NCBI GenBank assembly: GCA_951406725.2
Contig: OX597825.1
Coordinates: forward strand, 34,968,001 to 35,032,000
Reading direction: 5' to 3'
Length of the DNA stretch: 64,000 nucleotides
Source: Octopus vulgaris
Taxonomy: Eukaryota
The first letter of the stretch is position 1. Each line of letters begins with the position of its first letter. The notes beneath the pieces were generated by a model. The model was not told the DNA's origin. It worked only from the letters and a program-made list of their open reading frames with translations, and did not search any database. The position numbers and the translations under genes are program-made. Positions 51,370-64,000 of this stretch are shown here, piece by piece.

Positions 51370-51790
51370 AGGCATAGGAGTGACTGTGTGGTAAATAGCT
51401 AGCTTACGAACCACATGGTTCCAGGTTCAGTCCCACTGCATGGCACCTTTGGCAAGTGTCTTCTACTATAGCCTTGGGCTGGCCAAAGCCTTGTAAGTGG
51501 ATTTGGTAGATGGAAGCTGAAAGAAGTCCGTCGTAGATATGCATATGTATATATATATATATGTGTGTGTGTGTGCATGTTTGTGTGTCTGTGTTTGTCC
51601 CCCCACAACATCGCTTGACAACCAATGCTGGTGTGTTTACATCCCGTAATTTAGCAGCTTGGCAAAAGAGACTGATAGAATAAGTACTAGGCTTACAAAG
51701 AATAAGTCCTGGGGTCGATTTGCTCGACTAAAGGTGGTGCTCCAACATAGCCACAGTCAAATGACTGAAACAAGTAAAAGAGTAAAGAGC
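51370..51790 (+). mobile_element. SINE family A, full length
   Basis: A/B-box head, central TA/TG repeat, tail ACTGAAACAAGTAAAAGAGTAAAGAG. Confidence 0.88.
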
Positions 51791-51814
51791 GTATATATAT
51801 ATATATATATATCT

Positions 51815-51965
51815 CCTGGGTATGACTTTAGACTGCATCTGTTAGTAGGACCCTCGTTCAGGAGTTCCAGAGTTTTAAAGAGTGTGGAACCACCTCTTAG
51901 CCACTGTAGTTCCCAGGTCTTTGATCCTGAGTAGTAGCACTTGTTGAGGTCGCAGCTATGTAACC
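51815..51965 (+). mobile_element. Possible Meta-SINE-like conserved domain remnant
   Basis: CCTGGGTATGAC...ACTGCATCTG...CCCAGGTC...GAGTAGTAGCACTTGTTGAGGTC resembles the MetaSINE central domain as I recall it; not verified. Confidence 0.35.
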
Positions 51966-54900
51966 ACCCAAGCCAGGGAATGTTGAAATCTTGGGATGCA
52001 GCATGATGGAGGTGAACTTATTGGAGTCAATGGTGACTATCACTAGATGCTGAGTGGATGATCAGACTACTAACTGTCAATGATCAAGAACAACCAGTTC
52101 ACTTAGCGAACTACTACCATCACCTGTAACCATGGTGTGCACAGATGAGATATTTAAGCTATTGAAAGATGAACATGACTAAAACCCAGACCAGAAATTC
52201 ATACTTCATTGCTTGATTGGGATGTCTGGCATCAAAGAATTACACCAGATTGGATGATGATGATCATCATCATAAGCACCCGTTCAAGTACTAGGACCTG
52301 GAGATCTCCATTTCCAGCGACTTCGAGAGCCACCTCCCAGTGGTGTCGTGCGTCAATGAAGAGCCCTCGACTACAACAAGATTACCAGTGGGTTTTTTTC
52401 CAAGGTCTGGGGTCTCCCGCCCCTAAGCTATCACCTAATCACCCTTACCCGTCTTGTTGCTTAACAACAACAACAACAAAAAATCATCAGCAGCATTTAA
52501 CATCCATTTTCTATGCTGGACTGTTTGACAGGAACTGGCAAGGCCAGGGGCTTCACCAAGTTCCATAGTCTGTTTATGCATGATTTCTACAGCTGGATGC
52601 CCTTCCTAACACCGACCACTTTACAGAGTGTACTTGCTTTTTACATGCTACTGTCACCAGTGTTTTTTATGTGGCATCAGCACTTACACCAATGCTTTTT
52701 ATGAGGCATCTTGTTTTTAAGATCTCATTTCTGTTGTGGTGGTAGGTTCATCTTAAGTACAATAATGATGGTGATGATGATAATGAAATTTTAATCAGAG
52801 ATCAAAATGATCAAAAACAATGTGTGTATTAAAAATATTTCCCTATCTAATTATACCCAAATTACCATTCTGAGGGATTGAACCCAGAATCAGTGTCATA
52901 AACACTGAGTCATGCTTATGTTGAAAATATACTAAATAATTAATTCAATTTTATATACCAAAACAAAATACAACCTTATTTTCATGTACTTTTTCTAGCA
53001 ATGGTTCAACTTTAAGAATTAGTAATTGCAAAGCTAAAAGCTATTTTTTGTTGTTAGATGGTTGAAATGGAATTGGTCAGTCTGAGAGACAGGAAATTAA
53101 AAATCTAATGTTTTTTTTTTATAGTTGCTAGACACGAAAAGATTATGGTGTTTAGAAATGGTGGCAAATCATTTTATCAATTGACACTGAAATGTCATCG
53201 ATTCAAACGGTTTAATGATGCTAAGTATGATGCATCAGGAGATATCAATGACCTTTTGTTGTTTGTTGTAGCATGAAGAATTTGCATGCATGGAAATTTC
53301 TTCCTTGCAAGATTATTTATGGAGAACTATTAGCTACTCATCTAAGCAAATCTCCACACTCTGTTGTCCCTGGGAAAGCAAGGCTGATGCAACTTGGAAC
53401 CAGTATTCTTTTCTACTCTAGGCACAAGGCCCAAAATTTTTTGGGAGCAAGCCAGTCAATTAGATCGACCACACTACGCAACTGGTACTTAATTTATCGA
53501 CCCTGAAAGGATGAAAGGCAAAGTCGACCTTGGTGGAATTTGAACTCAGAATGTAAAGACAGACGAAATACTGCTAAGCATTTCTCCCAGTGTGCTAATG
53601 TTTCTGCTAGCTCGCCACCTTTTTTGGAATCCTTATTGTTGCAAGCACTGACATTAAAACACAAAGAACCAGAACAGAAATTATAAGGCATCTTTCCAAT
53701 GCTCTAACAGTTCTGTCAATACACTGCAATTGGTTAGAATTAATTTTTTGAAAATTAAGTTTGGATTTGATTAATAAAGAAATTTAAGATGTTAGCTTTA
53801 AAATCAAACTTTGTGGTTGCAACTTTAAAAGCAATCACCAAGCTTTGCATGTCCACCGTACTACGAGAGAGAAACATCACAAATAGCAGCATTTCTTTCA
53901 CAAATATTTGTATGATCTAAAGCTTTGAGGTGTCCTTGAACAGTTTAGATCTAGTCATGTCTGTGTGTTCTGTAACTCACTTTTAGTTGAATCAAGGAAT
54001 GTATCCCCAGGCATTGCCAGCAAATAATGTTAAAACAATATTGGCAGTGGCTCTTGTTACTAATGTAATATCATATTGCTACCATTAATATCAACAGTGC
54101 TGAGTTAAAGTTAACCTGTGTTATCTGAATCCTCATGCAGGCGTATAGAGAGAACTCTATCATAAGGGTTTTGAACCTTTTGTGTATTTGCCACTGGCCA
54201 ACCGATCCCTTGTATGGAATGCCTTTGGGAAATAGGCAAAAGATTGCATACAATGTCTTCTGTTCTACATATTTGTTTATATGTTTGTATAGATGCAGGT
54301 GTGGTTAGGAAAAAAAGTATGACTTGATTCAGGCATAGTTGTGTGATTAAGGAGCTTGCTTCCCAACCATATGGTCTTGGATTCAACCCCATCACATGGC
54401 ATTTAGTACAAGTGTCTTCTACTATAGCTCAGAGCCAACTAGAGCCCTGTAAGTGGATTTGTTGCACACTTACAATCAAGTTTGTCACTCAGTCTATCAT
54501 CATTATTGATTATACTGCCCATAAAAGTAATGTGGCATGCCTCTGTCAGTTCCTGTTCTTCAATAACGATTGGTTCAGCTTGTATCACTTGGCTTGAGAC
54601 AGACATGGCTTATAAAGATCTCTAGTTCTTTATTAACCAAGTCGTGTCTTCTTCTAAAATCCTGTTGAGATTCATGCAGAGCCTCTGCTGTGATATTTAT
54701 CATCCAATCTGTTGAGAAATTTTCTTACTGACTATAGCAAGCAGAAAAATAACTTGATAGTTTCTATGTTTATTCCTATCTCCCTTCTTGGGTGTTAGGA
54801 TGATGTTAGTGTGTTTATAGCCATGTGAATCATCTTCAGTGTCTAAAGATTCTAGTATTAAGTGGTAAAGACATCTAATGAATTGGCCTCATCTAGTTTT

Positions 54901-55061
54901 TACACTTCACTCTATCTGAATGTGACTTGGTTGCAACCAACACATTCTCCATTCAGTGGATTATCTATTGATAAACATCAAAATTGAAAAAAAAGGTAAA
55001 TTTACCTTTTAGAGTCATGCCATTTCATAAGGGCTGGTTTCCTGGTTTCATGGTATGTATA

Positions 55062-55098
<37 letters not shown>

Positions 55099-56244
55099 CC
55101 CACCTTGATAGGATGCTGGTTCATCACAGGTTTACTCATTTTTGCAAGCTGAGTAGACTGGAGCAATGCAAAGTGAAGTGTATTGTTCAATGTTTCACCT
55201 GGTCTAGGAATTGAAACCAAATGCTTCCACCATACATCAGAAGTGTGATACAATAATTTAACTAAGTTATAATATAAATAGGAGGCACAATGGCCCAGTG
55301 GTTAGGGCAGCAGACTTATGGCTGGAGGATCGCGGTTTCAATTCCCAGACCAGGCGTTGTGTGTGTTTATTGTGCAAAAACACCTAAAGCTCAACGAGGT
55401 TCCAGCAGGGGTGGTGGCAACCCCTGTTGTACTCTTTCGCCCCGACTTTCTCTCACTCTTTCTTCCTGTTTCTTGAGTAATGCTGTGATGGGCTGGCATC
55501 CTGTCCAGCTGCGGGGGGGGGGACACAAATGCCATAGAAACCAGGAAACCGGGCCCATGAGCCTGGCTACGCTTGAAAAGGGTGCATAAATAAAAATGAT
55601 AATATAAATAAGTTCTATATATCTGGCCTTTTGGCTTCTAGACACTTCTTGCTCTTGATAAATCTTCAGTGTGGTGAAACTAATTAGCCCAGGAGTATTT
55701 TGATGTCCATATTGATGTGTGTCTTAATTACTATGCCACTGGATTATTTTTGTATTGAGCTCTTTTGCATCTAATGCATAGAGGTGTAGGTAGAGGTGTG
55801 GCTGTGTGGTGAGAAGTTTACTTCCTAACCATATAGCTTCAATTTCAGTCCACAATGAGGAAACTTGGGCAAGTGTCTTCTACTAGAGCTCCAGTTGGAT
55901 CAAAGCCTTGTGATTGGATTTGATAGACAAAGTGAAAGAAACCTGTCATATAAATGTGTGTGTGTGTGTGTGTGTGTGATACTGTCTCTTTGCCTTGACA
56001 TCACATCATAGTTGTGAGGGTCTCTGTCATGCAAACAGTGTCAATCATTTCTAATCTTTTGTGAAAACATGTCTGGTCATTGGGAAATATTACCTTATTT
56101 GGAAACAGGTAAAGGTTGGTGACAGGAAGGGTATCTAGCCATAGAAAAGTTGCCTTAACAAATTCTGTCCAGCTCAATTGAACATGAAAAAGTGGATGTT
56201 AAACAATGATGATGTGATGATGCATAAGTGCCTGTGAGTGTATG

Positions 56245-56294
<50 letters not shown>

Positions 56295-56499
56295 AATACA
56301 CAAGTGCTCATGCACACATACACACACACACACACAATTGTTTAAGCTGTATCTTCAAACTTTATAATTCTGAGTCTTGGTTTCAATAATTACATTATAA
56401 GGCTGTGCTTCCAGTTTCTACTTTCATTAATCTTTATTCTCATTGTTAACATTTCAGTGTTTACATACATACACACATATAAATACACACACACATGAC

Positions 56500-56990
56500 C
56501 AATGGTATATTTGAAATGCAGGAAAATGACAGAATTGGTGGTGTTTTTACAGCAAGAATGTTGGTAAAATTAATGACAAGTGAAGTTGGCATGATAGTGA
56601 AAACTATTGGAAAAAAAAAAAGAGTGAAAAAATGATTGTATAAACTATTGAAAGTTCTAAAGAGTTGGAATTTTCTGTAAAATAATAGCTGCAATTCACA
56701 AATCATGAATACGATAGCTTGCTTTCAAGTGAAAGCATTTGAGCTTCTGTATTGACCTTCTTAATAACCAGATACAGATATCAACCCAATTGAAAACGTG
56801 TTGTAACATTTAATGAGACAATTAAATGAAAAGCAAATAACATCAGAAATGGATGTCATTCAATAGAACTGGTGCTAAAGTCTTGTAAACATCTGAAGCA
56901 GTCTAATTGATAACACTACGCACCATCATTTGCAACATGTCATAGAAAGTAAATTTTGACCGTTTAATTATTGACTAATAGTTAATTAAT
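56500..56990 (+). mobile_element. Very old Tc1 transposase remnant
   Basis: GATATCAACCCAATTGAAAACGTG = DINPIENV near 56777-56800, the Tc1 DDE C-terminal motif, among many stops. Confidence 0.45.
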
Positions 56991-57359
56991 TATTATTACT
57001 AAAACTGTTTTCAATAATTAAAATGAAAGTATCTTTGATGTTTTGTCTACTTGTGAATTTTTACTAATAATTTTTTACTAATAATGGCTTGTATTTTAGG
57101 TACAAAGCCAAAAATTTTGAGGGGTGGGGAAGTCAATGCCACCAACCCAGGACTTGACTGGTACTTTTCTGAAAGTAGGAAAGGCAAAATTGACCTTGAT
57201 GGGATTTGAGCCCAGAATGTAAATGGCTGGAATAAATGCAAGGTAGGTTTTTTGATGCTCTAACAATTCTGCCAGTTTGCCATTCTGACTACTACTACTA
57301 CTACTACTGCTGCTGCTGCTGATGATGATTTCATTTATTTGCCACAAGGGCGACGTATG

Positions 57360-58066
57360 AGAAGGACAATACAAAGACAGATATAAAGTGTGGGCGTTTG
57401 CATATAATGAAATAATAAAAAGAAAAAGTAAGTATACACGATATACACTGTAAAAGTATACACGATATACACTGTATGCACAGCATACAAAGGTTTTAAA
57501 ATTAAAAAAGGGGTGGGGAGGATGATAGAAATGTAGCCCCCCTGATACAGGAAGGTCTCTAGGGATAATCAAGGAACCCCACTGTCCAAGATTTCCCTGA
57601 AACCCCAAGAGGAAGTGCTCTCTCCAATTCCTTCTCTCTGACTCACAGGTCTACACTTAGAGAGGTACCATCTACTCTTGCTATTTTTGCAACTTTCACT
57701 CATCTTTCAGTAAACTCACTCAAGTACAGCACTTCCCTCTCCATTCTTGATTTCCTTTTCAAGTGAAACTTGAAGGAGTCAATGAGAGCTCTACCAAAGA
57801 GGAATGTATCTGTCCTCATGCCTTTCAGCCTTGTCCACCAAACAACCTCTTTCACCACAGCCACCAGGCAAAGAAAAACTGCTTGGCCTATCTGATTGAA
57901 GGAGGGTGATGGGGCAATTATCACTACAGACTCGGCCAACCAACTGATCTGTCCCATATGTAACAGCAGCTGTTTGACATAACCCCACAGGTCAGTAATG
58001 CCTGGACACTGAATGAGGGCGTGCAGAATGGTTTTGTCACTCTGCACGCACATTGGACAAGCCTAT
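57360..58066 (-). mobile_element. L1/Tx1-like LINE 3' end
   Basis: CPMCVQSDKTILHALIQC (CX2CX8HX4C zinc knuckle) followed by LW...VVWWTR, then a T-rich 3' UTR. Confidence 0.7.
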
Positions 58067-59175
58067 CAATAATTATAATAACAATGATTTCAGATTTTGG
58101 CACATGTCCAGCAATTTTTGGAGAAGGGGCAAGTTGATTACATCAACCCCAGTACCTCAATGTTCTTTATTTTATTCACTCCAGAGAGATGAAAGGCAAG
58201 TTGACCTCAGTAAGATTTGAAATCTGAACATAAAGAGTTGGAAAAAATAACCCAACGTATTTTTCCTACACTCTAATGAGTCTGCCAACTTGCTGCCTTT
58301 AATGGTAGAAACTTTTGAACTTGGAATATGAAGACAGACAAAATGCTCCTAAGCATTTTACCTGGTGTGCTCACTGCCTTTCCTACCTTAATAGTAATAA
58401 TAATAACACACATACACACACACACACACACACAAACACAAAGTTATTGGTTTAGAATTGGAAGAGCACTTGTAACATTCTCTGAGAAAAGGATTCACTA
58501 TAGTAATAAAGTCTAGAGCAGTATATAGAGCACCTTCATCATTGTGAGAACAATCTATGTGCACTGATACACTGTTCTGCTTCCTAGTTGGTGAGTCCTG
58601 GAATACAAAGGTTAGGAGAGTACATCTGAAAGAAAGACAGGTCAAAGCAGTCATCTTTAACACTTTAGCATTTAAAGCAGCTAGATCTGGCCTTTCACAC
58701 CTACCCTACAATGTCATTTTGAAAAATAAATTACAACACTGAAATCTCAAAGCTATGAGATAATGCATGATTAATTCAAAACAATGTTAACAAATAAGCA
58801 TATATTTGACAGGATAATCTGAATGCTAAAGTGTAAAGGTAATATCTGACTGACTGGATGTCTAGCAACTCCAGAAAAAACAAGTTGGTAGGAGGGTGCT
58901 TCAGTTTTTTGTTAGTCTAGCCAGAAATAGCAGCCAAATCTCTCTCAAGTTGCACACTACTGTATTATTAGAACTGGGACATACCAGATATGCAATACTT
59001 GAAATAAAAATAGCCAAAAAAAAAAAATGACAGGATGATCATGAAAGGATTGCCTTTGATCATAAGTCAGTTCACTGTGAACTTGCTTTAGGCCAAAAAA
59101 CAGTAACAACAGGATAGTGTAAAGGATTTCATATGCAATGTAACTTTCTTATGCATCACGAGAATAAAAAAATAC

Positions 59176-59254
59176 CTTGTAATTTGTTCAAACCAGGACA
59201 TTGATTCTTCTTCAGATTCTTCTATTGCTTCTCCTAAACGTACAGCCAGTTCAT
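59176..59254 (-). CDS. NCX: Na+/Ca2+ exchanger exon (cytosolic loop after CBD2); most upstream exon found
   Basis: Polypyrimidine tract then atccag|AT GAA CTG...ATT ACA AG|gtattt; ELAVRLGEAIEESEEESMSWFEQIT; AG+T gives Ser, joining to SWFEQITSAMEV, equivalent to NCX1 SWREQFIEAITV; 79 nt, phase 1 to 2. Confidence 0.85.
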
Positions 59255-61738
59255 CTGGATTATTAAGAAAAAAAAGAAAAATTAATTAAATGACAAATAA
59301 AAACCAAAAAAGTAAAAAAAAAAAAATGTCAATTCATGCTATTCATAATGAGATGTATTATGAATGAATTAACTGCTGATGTCTTCAATGTAGAATTGAA
59401 CAGAAAATCTTAATAGTTCATTCGTAATCTTATTCATGGGTTATTTCTTGTGGTAAGCCATCAGTTCATAGAAGGCTAACTTGCCATGCTAGACATAAGC
59501 ATCATCATCATTGTTTTGACACCCGCTTTTTCGTGATTTCATGGGGCGGATGGAATTTACTGAGGTGAATTTTCTACAGTTGGATGTCCTACCTGTCACC
59601 AACCCTCACCTGTTTCCAAGTAAGGTAATATTTCCCTGTAACCAGATATGAGGACAACACTTGTATGATGACAACACTCATTTACAGCTACTATGTGATG
59701 TAAAGGTAAAAAGACAGTAACACACACACACATATATACAATGGGATTCTTTTAGTTTTCCTTTACGAAATCCACTCACAAGACTTTAGTGGATTGGTGC
59801 TATAGTTAAAGATACTTGCCCAAAGTGTCATGCAGTGAGATTGAACCTGGAACCACATGACAGGGAAGCAAACTTCTTACAACATGCTTGTGCTAAGTAT
59901 GTATAATATAGTTATGCATTTATCTATTTGATTGTTTCCTTACAACATAAGCCAAGATATTTCAACTTATGTTTCATTAGAGGAAAGTAATAAGAGCTGA
60001 AACACTGTGGCCGTGTCATAAAGACACAATGTATTAAATATATACTAATCTGCTTTTAACATTTTCTTCTTTAATTGTAGATTACTATGATTACTTGACC
60101 AGAATTTTTAATAATATCAATAGATATGTATGTATTTATGACTTTTTCTGCTTTGCTAAGTAATTGGCCAGATAAGAATAGGTACAGGCATGTCTGTGTG
60201 GTTTAGAAGCTTGCTTCCCAACCATATGGTCTTGGGTTAGGTTCAGTCTCACTGTGTGGTACCTCAGGCAAAAGTATTCTACTAGAGCCTTGGGCCCATC
60301 AGAGACTTGTGAGTAGATTTGGTCGATGGAAACTGAAAGAAACCTGTCATATATATTGCTGCTGGGACCCCCTTTGGTCATGACTGACCGTGGGATTGCA
60401 CCTAGAAAGTTACCCTCCCAGACACAAGTCTGGGCAAGGTTGTTTATGGAAGACCAGCAGTAGCCCATGCATACTGGCCTCCCCTCTCCACGCCACCAGT
60501 GTTATCCAAGAGAAAGGTAATGGCTGATGCAGCTTGGCACCTGTGACATCACGACTCATTTCTACAGCTGAGGGAACTGGAGCAATGTGAAATAAAGTGT
60601 CTTGCTCAAGAACACAACATGCAGCCCGTTACGGGATTTGAACTCACAACCTCACGATCGTAAGTTCTATGCTCTAACCACTGAGCCATGCACCTTCACA
60701 TACATATATTAATAATAATGTTTGTCTGTGATTGTTGATGATGACCAAAGACATCACATAGGAGAAGACGGGTCACAGTGTGTCTGACTGTGGTTGATCA
60801 GTCTTATGATGGTTGTAAATTGTCATACAAATGAGGTTGTTTGTTTTCAGTCTTCCGCAAAAAAACGAATATGTAGCTACACCTAGAAACAAGTGAGGGT
60901 TTGCAGCAGAAAGGGCATCCAACTGTAGAAAAATCTGCCTTAGCAAATTCCATCTGACCCATGCAAGGGTGGAAAAGTATACATTAAATGATGAATATTA
61001 TGAAATAGGAGTAGCATAGTGGAAAACGTTAAAACAAATTAGATTTAAGTTCCTGGCTTTGGGTAAAAGAAAATACAGGAGGATCAGTTAATTATGATTT
61101 TATCCAACATATTCCCATCTAAGATTCACACACTTATTGCAGTGGGCCTTCAGTTTTTCTAAACCCTGTAAAAGAACCCAGAAAGTTGGACCTCCAGCAA
61201 AGCCTTTTGTGATACCCTTAAAGCCAGGAAATCTTCAGTACCCCATCATAGTATAAATCACTTGTCCAAGGTATCATACAGAAGGGATTGAACCTAAACA
61301 ACATGGTTGGAAAGCAAGCTTCTTATCCACATAGCCACACATGCATCTTTTACATTCATATATAATTAAATAACAAGATAATAATGGCAGTGGTTACTTT
61401 TATTATCTCATCCTTTGCATATGTTTCAAAGGTACAATTTAGTGAGTACCATTTCTTCAGAAGTAAACAATTCAATAAAGGACAAAATGATTAAATTAAA
61501 TGCTCTCGTTATTCTCATGTTATTTAATCATTGTGTGTACTTATTGATTAGCATTGCCAGTGCACTTGTAACAAATGATTACCTGTGTAGTAACATAAAT
61601 ATATTTTCCAGGTGCTGAAGTGTAATAGAGCATACTGAGTTCTAAAGAAATGGTGAGATGTCATGCCCTGCAGGGGGTCATTAATAACAAGTTATATATA
61701 CACATACATACATGTATATATATATATATGTGTGTCTG

Positions 61739-61769
<31 letters not shown>

Positions 61770-61945
61770 CATCACCATCCACATTTAATAATATCTGATT
61801 TCCATACTGGCTTGGGGTGATCTATATGTGTATGTGTAAGCCTGCATATACATATATACGGACACATACACATGCATATGATCATATAATATATATTTCT
61901 ACATGTGTGTATGTCTTTTGAAGTTATAAATTCTGAATATTGGCT

Positions 61946-61980
<35 letters not shown>

Positions 61981-62734
61981 TACACACACACACACACATT
62001 TCAGCATGCCTATGAAACGAGGTATGTACTGAGAATTTACTAGTAGCAAAAATACTGTTAAGCAATTCCGGGGCTATTTAGAATTGTCTACAGTGTTTAT
62101 GGACATAGTATACAACACATATAACATGGCATTGATTTTAAACCAACAAACGTAAAGTTTACCCTATTGTAAATGTTCAATACTTGACGTTTCACGTTTC
62201 TCTACCAACAGAAACAATTGCCGGTATTGAGAAGTTACATCCAAGCACTTATGTGTTATACTACGAATTCATACTTTGAAATACTTGAAAATCAATCTTA
62301 TCAGACAGCATTGTGTAACAAAGGTTGGATGTATCATTTTCATCATTTCTTGTTTTGTCACAATGCTGAAAGTATAGTATTTCTGACTCTAAGCAATTTA
62401 TTTGCATTCTATTGACTTCTTTCAATAATGGCAGAAACCACAAATGTGGTGTCGAAAGGAAGTGGTGTAGTCAATTGAATTAATCCAGGTAAATTACTGG
62501 TACTTATATATTCAAGCCAATGAGAAAGGTTCTATCAAGTCAACTCGCTAGAAATAACAGCCAAATTTTTGATTTACTTACACTCTACTGTTTTAAATAA
62601 AAGGAAAAATTGGCAGAAAAGTTACAAAAGTAACTTGAAAAACAGGAGTTTCATGTGTGGCACTTATCAAGTTGACTAGTGTCAAACACAAACTCTCAGA
62701 CCTTGAAAGTTTTCAATGGCTTATATATATATAT

Positions 62735-62777
<43 letters not shown>

Positions 62778-62982
62778 TATATATGCATATATACACATGT
62801 GGGTGCTGAAAAGTACCGGGCTTTGAGGGTACTGCACTAGGTTCCATAGTTTGTTTTGACTTGGTTTCTACAGTTGGATGCCCTCCTTAGTATCAACCAC
62901 CTTACAGAGTGTAGTGGGTGCTTTTTACTTGGCACCAGTACCAATGCTTTTTATGTGCCACCGTGGTTTATATATATATATA

Positions 62983-63494
62983 ATAATGGGTAAAATTAAT
63001 TAATCAATCAATAATTAATAATTTTACCAAGTAGTTCAGTATGTTAAAAGAACCATTATCGGTAAACTTATACAAAAATTCTATAATTATGAGTATAATT
63101 ATAATTAGGGTCCAGCAAAATTTGCTTCACCACATACCGAAATTTAGAAATAGAAGTTAAACTACTATTTTACTACCATAAGATATCTCCTAGACTCAAC
63201 AACTCATGCAGGTAAAGAGAAAAAAAATATCGAATCCACCTAGCTCTGATTAACTGCATACACGTTTCGGTGTTAGAGAGATGTGAAAAATGTAAAATCA
63301 TATTTCTACTCAATCACTCTCCTCATCAGAACAGTATTTCAAGATTTTACCTGCGTGAGTTGTTGAGTATTGCTGTCTAGGAGATATCTTATGGTAGTAA
63401 AATAGTAGTTTAACTGCTATTTCTAAATTTCGGTATGTGGTGAAGCAAATTTTGCTGAACCCTAATTATAATTATACTCATAATTATAGAATTT
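62983..63494 (-). mobile_element. Foldback element (arms about 140 bp, tail on the left, hammerhead in the spacer)
   Basis: Arms 63076-63216 and 63346-63494; tail 62983-63075 abutting (TA)n. Confidence 0.8.
63251..63337 (-). ncRNA. Type I hammerhead ribozyme motif
   Basis: Minus strand ACTGTT-CTGATGA (63329-63323)-G...C-GAAA (63268-63265)-CGT-GTA (63261-63259)-TGCAGT; long irregular stem II GAGAGTGA/TCACATCTCTC. Confidence 0.62.
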
Positions 63495-63498
63495 ATAT

Positions 63499-63886
63499 TC
63501 TTTTACTTGTTTCAGACATTTGACTGCGGCCATGCTGGAGCACCGCCTTTAGTTGAGCAAATCGACCCCGGGACTTATTCTTTGTAAGCCCAGTACTTAT
63601 TCTATCTGTCTCTTTTGCCGAACCGCTAAGTGACGGGGACGTAAACACACCAGCATCGGTTGTCAAGCAATGCTAGGGGGACAAACACAGACACACAAAC
63701 ATATACACACACACATCTATATATATATATATACGACAGGCTTCTTTCAGTTTCTGTCTACCAAATCCACTCACAAGGCTTTGGTCGGCCTGGGGCTATA
63801 GCAGAAGACACTTGCCCAAGATGCCACGCAGTGGGACTGAACCCGGAACCATGTGGTTGGTTAGCAAGCTACTTACTACACAGCCA
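63499..63886 (-). mobile_element. SINE family A, full length, apparently young
   Basis: Reverse complement of the 51370 copy, with many CpGs retained. Confidence 0.9.
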
Positions 63887-63949
63887 CTTCTGCAAGACAG
63901 AATGAGATAACAAAACCAAGGCTGTGAGGAGTTTTCAGGACATTTATAA

Positions 63950-64000
63950 AGAAATAGTCTTACAGCTGTTTCTGGGATACTATGGATATCCCTTCATCTG
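63950..64000 (-). ncRNA. Hammerhead ribozyme motif truncated by the window edge (core variant)
   Basis: Minus strand CAGATGA-A-GGGATA-TCCATAG-TATCCC-A-GAAAC-AGCT-GTA-AGACT; one core change from CTGATGA; palindromic stem III ACAGCTGT. Confidence 0.6.

Noticed and set aside
58480-58597. Possible NCX cassette exon after a ttccag acceptor
   Set aside because: In the required phase it reaches TAG after about 14 codons, and it has no NCX similarity or clear donor

Overview
AT-rich, repeat-dense animal genomic DNA. The tRNA-headed SINE families and (TA)n/(CA)n/(AAT)n microsatellites resemble coleoid cephalopod (octopus-like) genomes; that assignment is an inference. The only host gene I can support is the 3' part of a Na+/Ca2+ exchanger (NCX/SLC8 family) on the minus strand. 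It has six exons with GT-AG ends and matching phases (59254-59176, 34661-34542, 33084-33009, 32827-32674, 28783-28608, 21306-21163), encoding about 248 C-terminal residues including the alpha-2 repeat. I found no upstream exon in 59255-64000, so the rest probably lies beyond the window. The remainder is SINEs, decayed Tc1 transposons, RTE and Tx1-like LINE remnants, MITEs, Helitron-like pieces and microsatellites. The most striking signal is a set of seven non-coding foldback (palindromic) elements with no obvious shared sequence but one architecture: an inverted truncated copy, then a forward copy, then a short unpaired tail, usually set in (TA)n. Several carry type I hammerhead ribozyme motifs, and one lies beside a Penelope GIY-YIG endonuclease remnant. 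This points to a diverse population of non-autonomous, ribozyme-bearing Penelope-like elements, several inside NCX introns. All coordinates, folds and identities were read by eye.
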